Of a stretch of DNA of 39,118 nt, positions 17,842 to 26,428 are shown piece by piece (positions within the stretch are counted from its first letter, which is position 1; every line of letters begins with the position of its first letter). The notes beneath the pieces are model-generated. The model saw nothing but the letters and a program-made list of their open reading frames with translations, made no database searches and was not told where the DNA came from. The stretch is from an uncultured Desulfovibrionaceae bacterium (GTDB lineage: Bacteria; Desulfobacterota; Desulfovibrionia; Desulfovibrionales; Desulfovibrionaceae), in assembly GCA_947037905.1 (NCBI GenBank), contig CAMQUX010000001.1, positions 1 to 39,118 on the forward strand, read 5' to 3'. A program made the position numbers and the translations under genes.

Positions 17842-19161
17842 GTGATAAATTCAGTATTTAGCTGTAAACATGCCGATGATGTTCTTCGTGCGGTAAAAGA
17901 TCATGAAATAGCCTTCATTCAGTTATGGTTTGTAGATATTCTCGGTTCTTTAAAGAGTTTTCAAATAACTCCTGTAGAGCTTGAAAGAGTGCTTGAGCAG
18001 GGTATTGGTTTTGATGCATCTTCAATAGATGGATTTGCACGAATAGATGATGCAGATATGCTTGCAATTCCAGATGTTTCAACCTTTCAGGTATGTGCTT
18101 GGCGTCCGAGTGAGCGCCCAGTGGCTCGCATGTTTTGTACTATTGAGCAAATGGATGGAAGTGGGTATACAGCCGATTCTCGAGGAATACTACAAAAAAC
18201 GCTATCTAAGATAGCAGAAAAAGGCTTAAGTTTTATGGTAGCACCAGAACTTGAGTTTTTTCTTTTTCAAGACGATAAAGATGCGGTTCCACTTGATATG
18301 GGTGGATATTTTGATGTAGCTCCAAGAGATATGGGTAATAATGTTCGCCGTGATATAATATTTTCGCTAGAGCGCATGGGAATAGGAGTTGAATATAGTC
18401 ATCACGAAGCAGCTCCCTCACAGCATGAGATAGACCTACACTGTGCAGAAGCACTTGTTATGGCTGATGCCCTTATGACAAGTCGTGTAATCATAAAAGA
18501 AGCCGCAAGATGCGCTAACTGTTACGCAAGTTTTATGCCTAAGCCGCTTTTTGGTGAAAAAGGTTCAAGTTTGCATCTTCATCAGTCTCTCTTTAAAAAT
18601 GGTAAAAATTTATTTTATGATGCAAATGATGAATATAAACTCAGCGCTGATGGTAAAAAATATATAGCAGGTATTATTCATTATAGTCCTGAATATATGT
18701 GTATAACAAATCAGTGGATAAATTCATATAAACGTTTAGTTTCAGGTTTTGATGTACCCTTACAAGCAACTTGGGCAAAAAAAGATCCTTCAGCACTTGT
18801 GCGAGTACCTTCTCGCTTATCTAAAAAAGATCCGCAAACATTTATTGAGTTTCGAGCAGGGGACCCAGCGCTCAATCCATATTTAAGTTTTGCAATACTT
18901 CTTAGTGCTGGCTTAAAAGGAATAGAAGAAAATATGTCTTTGCCAGAGGCGCTAGAAAAAGCATCTAATAGAGACTCGTATACTTTTTTACCCGATAATT
19001 TATCAGAGGCAGTATCACTTTTTTCAGAAAGTGAGTTTATGAAAGAGGTTTTTGGCAAAGATTTACATGAGAAAATTTGTAAAAATAAAAGACAAGAATG
19101 GGACGAATATAGACGGCATATTACAAGCTTTGAACTTCGTCGCTACTTGCCAATATTATAA
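17842..19161 (+). CDS. glnA: Glutamine synthetase (short type I)
   Basis: 439 aa with a beta-grasp N-domain (FIQLWFVDILGSLKSF). Catalytic-domain motifs include APELEFFLF, HHEAAPSQHEID and FMPKPLFGEKGSSLHLHQSL. The GTG start is preceded by AGGAAG. Confidence 0.9.
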   Translation: MINSVFSCKHADDVLRAVKDHEIAFIQLWFVDILGSLKSFQITPVELERVLEQGIGFDASSIDGFARIDDADMLAIPDVSTFQVCAWRPSERPVARMFCTIEQMDGSGYTADSRGILQKTLSKIAEKGLSFMVAPELEFFLFQDDKDAVPLDMGGYFDVAPRDMGNNVRRDIIFSLERMGIGVEYSHHEAAPSQHEIDLHCAEALVMADALMTSRVIIKEAARCANCYASFMPKPLFGEKGSSLHLHQSLFKNGKNLFYDANDEYKLSADGKKYIAGIIHYSPEYMCITNQWINSYKRLVSGFDVPLQATWAKKDPSALVRVPSRLSKKDPQTFIEFRAGDPALNPYLSFAILLSAGLKGIEENMSLPEALEKASNRDSYTFLPDNLSEAVSLFSESEFMKEVFGKDLHEKICKNKRQEWDEYRRHITSFELRRYLPIL

Positions 19162-19246
19162 AATAGCGCATAAAATATTTTAGAGGGATATCATCTAAGT
19201 ATTTTTTTTCTTGACAAGAATAAATTTTTACGTAATTTTAAAGTCT

Positions 19247-19306
19247 ATGAAAAGAACAATAAACTATATGAACACACAAGCTATATGCTTTTGGTGGCTC
19301 TTGTAA
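19247..19306 (+). CDS. Putative trp leader peptide (19 aa) with tandem Trp codons
   Basis: My translation is MKRTINYMNTQAICFWWLL-stop, with TGG TGG at 19292..19297. It lies between a TTGACA box (19211..19216) and a strong terminator, immediately upstream of trpB. No obvious SD. Confidence 0.55.
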   Translation: MKRTINYMNTQAICFWWLL

Positions 19307-19356
19307 AAGAGCCCTGTTATGTCTATTGTTTTTTAAATAAATAAAACAATACAAAT

Positions 19357-19394
19357 AAACTGCGGCAGTATTCTGTAGCAGTTTATTTTTTTTT
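19357..19394 (+). terminator. Rho-independent terminator (candidate trp attenuator)
   Basis: aaactgcggcag (19357..19368) pairs with ctgtagcagttt (19373..19384), with one mismatch and one G-U. The loop is tatt. The hairpin is followed by A and then nine T (19386..19394). It sits 40 nt upstream of the trpB ATG. Confidence 0.7.
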
Positions 19395-19434
19395 GCTGTT
19401 CTGAGTATTGCTTACAAAAAAGGAGCGACTGGAA

Positions 19435-20637
19435 ATGGAAAAAAATACAGTAGGTTTTTTCGGCAAACATGGCGGACAATTTGTATCAGATGAATTAAAA
19501 AAAGTACTCAACGAATTATTCTCAGCATACGAAGAGGCAAAAAAAGATCCTCAATTTGCAAAAGATTACCAATACTACACGCAAAAATACAGCGGGCGTC
19601 CAACGCCAATTTATTACTGCGAGAATCTATCAAATCACCTAAACGGCGCAAAAATATATCTTAAACGTGAAGACTTAAACCATCTAGGCGCGCATAAAAT
19701 TAATAATACCATCGGGCAAATGCTTCTAGCTAAACGCATGGGAAAAAAACGAGTAATAGCAGAAACAGGAGCAGGGCAGCACGGCGTAGCAACAGCTGCA
19801 ACAGCTGCAATGCTTGGAATGGAATGTATAATTATAATGGGTGAGGTAGATATTAAACGTCAGGAACTCAATGTATTCCGCATGGAAATGATGGGCGCAA
19901 AAGTAGTACCTGCAAAATCTGGTCAAAGAACATTAAAAGAGGCAGTAGACGAAGCCTTAGCCTTATGGGTGCAAGAAGCAGATGATACTTTTTATGTATT
20001 AGGAAGCGCATTAGGTCCACATCCATACCCACAAATAGTTCGAGATTTTCAATCAATAATCGGAACAGAAGCAAGAGCACAGATGCAAAAAGAATACGCA
20101 AAACTTCCAAACCATGTTATAGCATGTGTTGGTGGTGGCTCTAATGCAATAGGAATATTTTCAGGATTTATAGAAGATAAAGAGGTTAATTTGATAGGTG
20201 TTGAGCCAGCTGGAAGAGGTTTAACTCTTGGAGATCATGCCGCAAGCCTCAGCTTTGGTAAAGAGTCCATCTTGCATGGTTTTGCCTCTTATGTGCTTTT
20301 AGATGAGCAAGGAGAGGTCGCTCCAGTATATTCAATTTCTGCAGGACTAGATTATCCAAGTGTTGGTCCTGAGCATAGTTATTTAAAAGATATAGGTCGT
20401 GCTCAGTACGAAACAGCGAGCGATGTTGAATCTTTAGATGCATTTTTTCTTTTAAGTGAAAAAGAAGGAATTATTCCAGCACTGGAATCTGCTCATGCTC
20501 TCGCATATGCTGTAAAACTTGCACCGACATTATCAAAAGATGAGAGCATATTGATTAATTTATCAGGCAGAGGAGATAAAGATATAGCTCAAATTAAAGA
20601 GATGCTCGAAAACGGTGAATATATAAGAAAAGAATAA
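19435..20637 (+). CDS. trpB: Tryptophan synthase beta chain (stand-alone in this window)
   Basis: GFFGKHGGQFVSDEL N-terminus, PLP-lysine motif HLGAHKINN, plus GAGQHGVATA and GGGSNAIGIF. AGGAG at 19421..19425 sits 9 nt before ATG 19435. The track ORF opens earlier, at TTG 19408. There is no trpA on either side. Confidence 0.93.
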   Translation: MEKNTVGFFGKHGGQFVSDELKKVLNELFSAYEEAKKDPQFAKDYQYYTQKYSGRPTPIYYCENLSNHLNGAKIYLKREDLNHLGAHKINNTIGQMLLAKRMGKKRVIAETGAGQHGVATAATAAMLGMECIIIMGEVDIKRQELNVFRMEMMGAKVVPAKSGQRTLKEAVDEALALWVQEADDTFYVLGSALGPHPYPQIVRDFQSIIGTEARAQMQKEYAKLPNHVIACVGGGSNAIGIFSGFIEDKEVNLIGVEPAGRGLTLGDHAASLSFGKESILHGFASYVLLDEQGEVAPVYSISAGLDYPSVGPEHSYLKDIGRAQYETASDVESLDAFFLLSEKEGIIPALESAHALAYAVKLAPTLSKDESILINLSGRGDKDIAQIKEMLENGEYIRKE

Positions 20638-20872
20638 AGAACATGAGAACATTGAGATATTAAAGGACTCTTACAATATCAGTATGTGATGAAAGAGCAA
20701 AATATGCGAAATATCAGAAGACAATAGAAGAAAGAGAAAAAAGAAAATAAAAAACTGGAATATGAGATTTTAAAAGTCCTAAAATTGAAAATCGTAAAAA
20801 ATAAACAGAAAGATAGCGAAAGTTAAAAAGTTGAAAAAGAAAAATCTTAATAACTGAGGATTTAAAAGAAAC

Positions 20873-20921
20873 CCTATAATATACTAAAGAACAGCTAAAC
20901 AATTCTTTAGTATATTATAGG
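20873..20921. terminator. Perfect 19-bp inverted repeat between convergent trpB and usp (probable bidirectional terminator)
   Basis: cctataatatactaaagaa (20873..20891) and ttctttagtatattatagg (20903..20921) are exact reverse complements around an 11-nt loop. There are no long T runs. Confidence 0.45.
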
Positions 20922-20968
20922 CACAAATTTTGAATAATAAACAGCAGTGGGTATTTTATACCGAGAAA

Positions 20969-21412
20969 TTAATATTCATCTGGGTGAACTGTAAGAACAG
21001 GACAAACCGCACCTCGAACAACTTTCTCAGTGACTGAACCAAAAAGAAGTCTATTAAGCCCTTTTTTTGATTGTGTAGCAATAACAATAAGATCAATAGC
21101 TTCCTTTTCTGCAAAGCCAAGTATTTCTTCTGCTGGGTATCCTATGAGTACAGTACAATCAACATCCCCATTAGGAAAATTTTTCCTAACGAATTTTTTG
21201 AGAGTTTTAGCAGTATCGTCCTCGTCTTCGCCGACAAAGTCACTAATTGCGCCACTTGGGATATGAAAACCAATATGGTTAGTGTCAGATTCAACATAAA
21301 CACAGGAAATTTTTGCCCCACAAGAGTGTGCTAAATCCGTCGCATACTCTACAACAAAAGCATTATCGATACTTAAATCTATAGGGCAGAGAATTTTTTT
21401 AATTTTTGACAT
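20969..21412 (-). CDS. Universal stress protein (UspA family)
   Basis: MSKIKKILCPIDLS... and GSVTEKVVRGAVCPVLTV are typical Usp N- and C-terminal motifs. I prefer ATG 21412 (AAGGAA SD) over the track start at 21454. Confidence 0.85.
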   Translation of the reverse strand: MSKIKKILCPIDLSIDNAFVVEYATDLAHSCGAKISCVYVESDTNHIGFHIPSGAISDFVGEDEDDTAKTLKKFVRKNFPNGDVDCTVLIGYPAEEILGFAEKEAIDLIVIATQSKKGLNRLLFGSVTEKVVRGAVCPVLTVHPDEY

Positions 21413-21595
21413 AATAATATTCCTTCTTTGTTTAAACTGGAATAAGTAGAGCATACTTCAATTATAAACACAATAGATTATTTTCTATGGACAAAAAATA
21501 TGAAGAAAGTTATATAAAAAGAGAATAAAAAATAAAAAATACAATATTTGGAATGCATCTTGCTATAACTATTCACATACAGAGGAGAGTTTCTT

Positions 21596-22069
21596 ATGAA
21601 AATAACAAACGACGCAATGGAAGGGATTCTTCCTAAAGAAAAAGAGAAAGTACAAACTGCAAGCACAACAGGTGTAAATTTTGACGAAATATTTCATGAT
21701 AAATTAGCAGATATTCCTGCACATGAAAAAACTGGTCAAGTTTCAGCTAACCCACTTGCAGAGCTGTCTCAATTTGGTTTGGTAGAATCTGCAGATGCAG
21801 CAGCTGCTGTGGCAAAAATAGATACAGAGGAAGAAGCCGTGTCAGGAGTAGAAAACTTGTTAGCATCTTTTGATGCATATGCAAAACAACTGGAAGGTAA
21901 CGATTTAAAAGGCGCTTGGAAAACTCTTGAAGGGGTAAGTACAGACGCTGGTGCCTTACAAAACTGGGAAGGAATGAAAAAACTCCCAGCTTTAGAAGAA
22001 ATCATTAACGAAATAAACACTCTAAGTGCAACAGAACGCGTACGTTTTAATCGTGGAGATTATTTTTAA
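21596..22069 (+). CDS. Hypothetical acidic protein (157 aa)
   Basis: A good SD (GAGGAG) lies 7 nt before the ATG. It appears to be a monocistronic unit with its own downstream terminator. I recognise no motif. Confidence 0.5.
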   Translation: MKITNDAMEGILPKEKEKVQTASTTGVNFDEIFHDKLADIPAHEKTGQVSANPLAELSQFGLVESADAAAAVAKIDTEEEAVSGVENLLASFDAYAKQLEGNDLKGAWKTLEGVSTDAGALQNWEGMKKLPALEEIINEINTLSATERVRFNRGDYF

Positions 22070-22177
22070 TTAGATAGAACAGTTTCCTCCAAAAATAATG
22101 TTCTATTTATTTTCCCTTAGAAATATTCTTTTAAGTAAGTGTGGTAGCTTATATTTTTAATTCTGTTGTGAAAAATG

Positions 22178-22214
22178 CCCTTACATTCTAAAAAAATGTA
22201 GGGGTTCTTTTTTT
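22178..22214 (+). terminator. Rho-independent terminator
   Basis: cccttacat (22178..22186) pairs with atgtagggg (22196..22204) as a 9-bp stem with one G-U. The sequence ttcttttttt follows. Confidence 0.6.
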
Positions 22215-22447
22215 GTCAAAATAAAAGAGCTAAAGAGAAAACTACTATTTTTATAGCACGTATTAAGTACTAGGAGGAGCATTATAATATATAAATACTC
22301 AAGTATGACGATTTGCACTTGCATAGAAATTTATATCTTTGTATAAATTAAGATTGCTATACATTCTCTATGAAAATATTTACACAATACCCGTGCAGGG
22401 AACAATTATTTGCATACTGGCTTATAGCGTAATCATATCTATTCTAA

Positions 22448-23776
22448 ATGCTTATGAAGGTAAAAACCATGAAAAATTGTTTGCAAATGGATTTATTTGG
22501 GAAAAATTTTATACTTTGCGAAAAAGCACTGGCATTTTTATTAGAAGATACTTTTTTACCAATTTTAACGGTTAAACGGAAAACTATCTCACAAAAAGCA
22601 TCTCTTGAAGTAATTTTTCAACTAGCAGAAAGTATTCCTTTTGCGATATTTTTAAGCGCTTTAGAAAAAAAACTAGCAGATAAAAAAGAACAGATGTTCA
22701 AAGAATTTGACGTGAGCGTTTCTTTTACAGAAAATAAACAAGATAGTTATGAAAATGATTTTGTTTTGACAGTTTTTAGTCAAAAAAAAGAAATCCTAGC
22801 ATTTTATAATCTTGTTCTTTTTTTGCAAGAGCAAAATCTTCAAGTAGAAAAAATAGATATTTTCTCTGCAGATAATTATTTTTCGCCCAAAAAATTAAAT
22901 ATATCTGCAAAACTTGAAAGTACTCAGTCCAAAGAGTATGAAACTAATACAGCAAATTATACAAGTGAAAATATACAAAATCTTTTTTTGCAAGAAGATA
23001 TATCCTGCCAGCAATATTTTCTTTCTGGTGAATTAGCAGATTTAGACTATTTTTTAATGCTCCTTAAAATGCACGAAAAATCTTGGCAGCTAGAATTAGA
23101 TATAATGCCAACCTCGTTATATAAAACACCAAAGAGTCTTTTTTGTTTTGACATGGACTCAACACTTATTAAAGCAGAGGTTATCGATGAGTTAGCAAAA
23201 GCGTATAATAAAGGTGATGAAGTTTCAAAAATAACAGCAAGGGCAATGGCTGGTGAGCTTGATTTTAATAAGAGTTTTACACACAGGCTATCACTTTTAG
23301 CAGGTTTAGAAGAGAGTGTTTTAGTAGATATAGCAGAAAATTTAGAGCTTATGGACGGCGCAGAGATACTTTTTAAAAATTTGCACGCACTTGGGCATAA
23401 AACAGCAATTTTATCTGGTGGCTTTGATTATTTTGCAGAGTATATACAAAAGAAATTAAATATTGATTATGTTTTTTCAAATAAACTTGCAATCGAGAAC
23501 GGTAAATTGACAGGAAAAGTTGCAGGTGAAATAATAAATGCTGAGGCAAAAGCACGAATACTACAAGAACTTGCAAAAAAGGAAGGGCTTTCTTTAGAGC
23601 AAGTAGTTGCAGTGGGTGATGGAGCAAATGATTTACCAATGTTATCTCTCGCAGGTATTGGCATAGCATTTCATGCTAAAGAAAAAGTCAAAAAAGCAGC
23701 AAAACATAGTTTTAATATAGTTGGTTTAGATGCTATTTTATATTTGCTCGGCGAAAGAGTGATAGATAAAGAATAA
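22448..23776 (+). CDS. serB: Phosphoserine phosphatase with a long N-terminal extension
   Basis: The C-terminal HAD domain has FCFDMDSTLI (DxDST), ILSGGF and GDGANDLPM motifs. About 225 aa of unassigned N-terminal sequence precede it. The start is ambiguous (ATG 22448, 22454 or 22469). Confidence 0.85.
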   Translation: MLMKVKTMKNCLQMDLFGKNFILCEKALAFLLEDTFLPILTVKRKTISQKASLEVIFQLAESIPFAIFLSALEKKLADKKEQMFKEFDVSVSFTENKQDSYENDFVLTVFSQKKEILAFYNLVLFLQEQNLQVEKIDIFSADNYFSPKKLNISAKLESTQSKEYETNTANYTSENIQNLFLQEDISCQQYFLSGELADLDYFLMLLKMHEKSWQLELDIMPTSLYKTPKSLFCFDMDSTLIKAEVIDELAKAYNKGDEVSKITARAMAGELDFNKSFTHRLSLLAGLEESVLVDIAENLELMDGAEILFKNLHALGHKTAILSGGFDYFAEYIQKKLNIDYVFSNKLAIENGKLTGKVAGEIINAEAKARILQELAKKEGLSLEQVVAVGDGANDLPMLSLAGIGIAFHAKEKVKKAAKHSFNIVGLDAILYLLGERVIDKE

Positions 23777-24044
23777 TGATAAATATTTAGTATTATTTAT
23801 GTAAATAGTTCACATTATCTGTACAATAACAGAATATCTGTAATCGTCGCTAAGCTAGCAAGATAAAAATATAAAATGATACTAAGCAATATAAAAGAAA
23901 TTGTGTGGCTGAAGCACTGAAATAATAAAATACTGAGATAATAAAATAGTAAAATACAAAAATATTAAAATTTTTAAATCCAGAAACCCTGAAATATTAA
24001 ATATTAGATATTTAAACTCTAAAATACGAATAAAATGAGTCCTT

Positions 24045-24599
24045 ATGGAAAAAATTCTTTTGCATGTTTGTTGTGGTCCTTGCGCCATAGCCTGTGTAGA
24101 ATCCTTGTTAGCACAAAATTACACGGTTACAGGTATTTTTTATAATCCAAATATCCATCCATTATCTGAGTATTTAAAACGAAGAGACGGTGCGGTGGAA
24201 GTTTTTAAGCGGTTTAACTGCGAGCTTCAAATAGAAGATATGGCGTATAAACCACAAGATTTTTTTCATAGAGTGCATAATAAGGAGCAAGACCGGTGTG
24301 CTTGTTGTTATGATATGCGTTTTGAGTATCTTGCAGAAAAAGCAAAAGAGCAGGAATATAAGATTTTTACAAGCACTCTTTTTTATAGCAAATATCAAAA
24401 TCATGAGCTGATGAATATTTCTGCGCATGGGCATGCCAAATCACAAGGTATTCGATTTTTAGAGCATGATTTTCGTCCTCTTTGGGAGCACGGTATAGCA
24501 CTCTCGAAAGAATGGGAAATATACAGGCAAAATTATTGTGGCTGTTTGTACAGTGAATTTGAACGCCATGCTAAAAAATTAAAAAAGATACAAAATTAA
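24045..24599 (+). CDS. queH: Epoxyqueuosine reductase QueH (DUF208)
   Basis: The LLHVCCGPCA N-terminal motif and the downstream Cys pairs (RCACCYDMR, YCGCLYS) are characteristic of QueH. Confidence 0.85.
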   Translation: MEKILLHVCCGPCAIACVESLLAQNYTVTGIFYNPNIHPLSEYLKRRDGAVEVFKRFNCELQIEDMAYKPQDFFHRVHNKEQDRCACCYDMRFEYLAEKAKEQEYKIFTSTLFYSKYQNHELMNISAHGHAKSQGIRFLEHDFRPLWEHGIALSKEWEIYRQNYCGCLYSEFERHAKKLKKIQN

Positions 24600-24880
24600 A
24601 AAAAAGCCATTTGATTTATAAAAATTAGAAATCTTAAACGAGGCGCTAGCTTAAAAATATGAGCTAAGCTGAAAACCTTGGGCTATAAATTAACTTGAAA
24701 GAGTGTGCCAGAAATTGAATTAAAATATATAATTAAATTAAAAATTTAAAAGCAAACTAAGCAGATATAATAAGATTAAAAATATTTAGACTAATAAGCA
24801 AATTTAAAATCTTGTATCTGAAATCAAATTAAAATGTTTAGAGTACTAATCAAATCAAAAAAACATAATGAGTAAAAATA

Positions 24881-26086
24881 ATGGCAATTTATAATAATTC
24901 ACCAGAAGTGCAGACACTTTTTTCAGCGCCGGTAAAAGTCAAGGAAGGAAAAAATGGACTGCTACTGTACATTCATATTCCGTTTTGTAAGCAAAAATGC
25001 AACTATTGCTCTTTTTTTTCGCAAGTTGTTTCCGCTAAGTACTATACACTGTATATAGACACACTTTGCAAAGAAATATCTCTTTGGGGGGAGCGCTTAG
25101 AGCGCCCACTGGTAGAAACAATATTTTTTGGAGGTGGTACTCCAAGTTTACTCGATTTAGGGCAAATGGAGCGAATACTAACGCAAATATCATACTCTTT
25201 CTCCCTTGCTACTAAAAAAGAAATAAGTATGGAAGTAAATCCTGAATCTGCTCAAAATAAAATGTATTATAGGGGACTGCATTCACTCGGTATAAATAGA
25301 ATTTCTTTTGGTGTGCAAACTTTTTCTGCAAGTATGTTACAAGTTTTAGGGCGCTTGCACACAGTAGAGCAAGTAGTGCACGCCTACGAGAGCGCACGCT
25401 CAGCAGGATATAATAATATTTCCATAGATTTAATGATGGGACTACCAGGACAAAAACTCAGAGACTGGCTCTATGATATAGATCAAGTATTTACTTTAAA
25501 TCCAGAACATGTTTCTGCATATGGCTTAACTATTGAGAAAGATACACCATTTGAAAAGATGCTCGAGCATGGGAAAATAATTATGCCAAAAGAGCGAGAG
25601 CAATCGCAGATGTTTTTGCATGGGATACAAAGATTAGAAGAATATGGTTATATACAATATGAAATTTCTAATTTTGCAAAAATAGGCAAGCATTGCCAGC
25701 ATAATAGTGGCTACTGGGCGGGTAGAGATTATTTAGGACTCGGTGCATCTGCTGTATCGACAATTGGGAAAAGACGCTTTCGAGCTCCAAGTGATATAGG
25801 CGCATATGCAACTGCTGTGGAGAATAATACTATTGGCGAAAATTTTGAAATACTTACAAAAGAAGCGCAAGATAAAGAATGGGCAATGCTTCATATGCGA
25901 ACTGTAAAAGGGCTTTCACTTTTAGAATATGAAAAAAGAATGGGTAAAAAACTTTTGGAAGAAAAGGATAAATTTATACAAGGGCTTTATGGTAAAAATT
26001 TTATTCGTGTTATTAATAAACATCTGTGCCTAACAAAAAAGGGCATGCTTGTGAGTAATAGTATTATTGAGAGTCTTTTTTTCTAA
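24881..26086 (+). CDS. hemW: Radical SAM HemN-family protein (heme chaperone HemW / coproporphyrinogen III oxidase-like)
   Basis: Radical SAM motif IPFCKQKCNYCSF (CxxxCxxC), followed by FFGGGTPS and a HemN C-terminal domain. Confidence 0.85.
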   Translation: MAIYNNSPEVQTLFSAPVKVKEGKNGLLLYIHIPFCKQKCNYCSFFSQVVSAKYYTLYIDTLCKEISLWGERLERPLVETIFFGGGTPSLLDLGQMERILTQISYSFSLATKKEISMEVNPESAQNKMYYRGLHSLGINRISFGVQTFSASMLQVLGRLHTVEQVVHAYESARSAGYNNISIDLMMGLPGQKLRDWLYDIDQVFTLNPEHVSAYGLTIEKDTPFEKMLEHGKIIMPKEREQSQMFLHGIQRLEEYGYIQYEISNFAKIGKHCQHNSGYWAGRDYLGLGASAVSTIGKRRFRAPSDIGAYATAVENNTIGENFEILTKEAQDKEWAMLHMRTVKGLSLLEYEKRMGKKLLEEKDKFIQGLYGKNFIRVINKHLCLTKKGMLVSNSIIESLFF

Positions 26087-26110
26087 GATATATAGAGAAA
26101 TATTTTTAAA

Positions 26111-26130
26111 TCTCTCTCTCTCTCTCTCTC
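26111..26130. repeat. (TC)10 dinucleotide microsatellite
   Basis: tctctctctctctctctctc read directly from the sequence. It lies 25 nt after the hemW stop. Confidence 0.95.
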
Positions 26131-26169
26131 TTTATCTTCTTTGTTTATCTTTCTTGTTTATCTTCTTTG
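26131..26169. repeat. 13-nt tandem repeat, 3 copies
   Basis: tttatcttctttg / tttatctttcttg / tttatcttctttg, directly abutting the (TC)10 tract. Confidence 0.9.
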
Positions 26170-26428
26170 TTTTTTATTTGTTCATATCTATCTTACTATT
26201 TAACTAACTAATCCTGCTATTTTTATAATGTCTTGCGACTACTTTTTTTCGTGTACCTTGTGCATCTCTTATACATTTTGAATCTTTTTTCTCAGGTGTT
26301 TATTTATGAGTAAAAAAATAATTCGGTGTACTTATCTTTACATATCACACACATTTTTTCTGATGTATTTTATGCGTCTCTATAAAAATTTTTTGTTTTA
26401 TGAGGTTAAAAATAAAGAGTATATATTA

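Noticed and set aside
22339-22575. 78-aa ORF overlapping the serB start.
   Set aside because: It has no SD, and it overlaps the better-supported serB frame. It is probably promoter or leader sequence.
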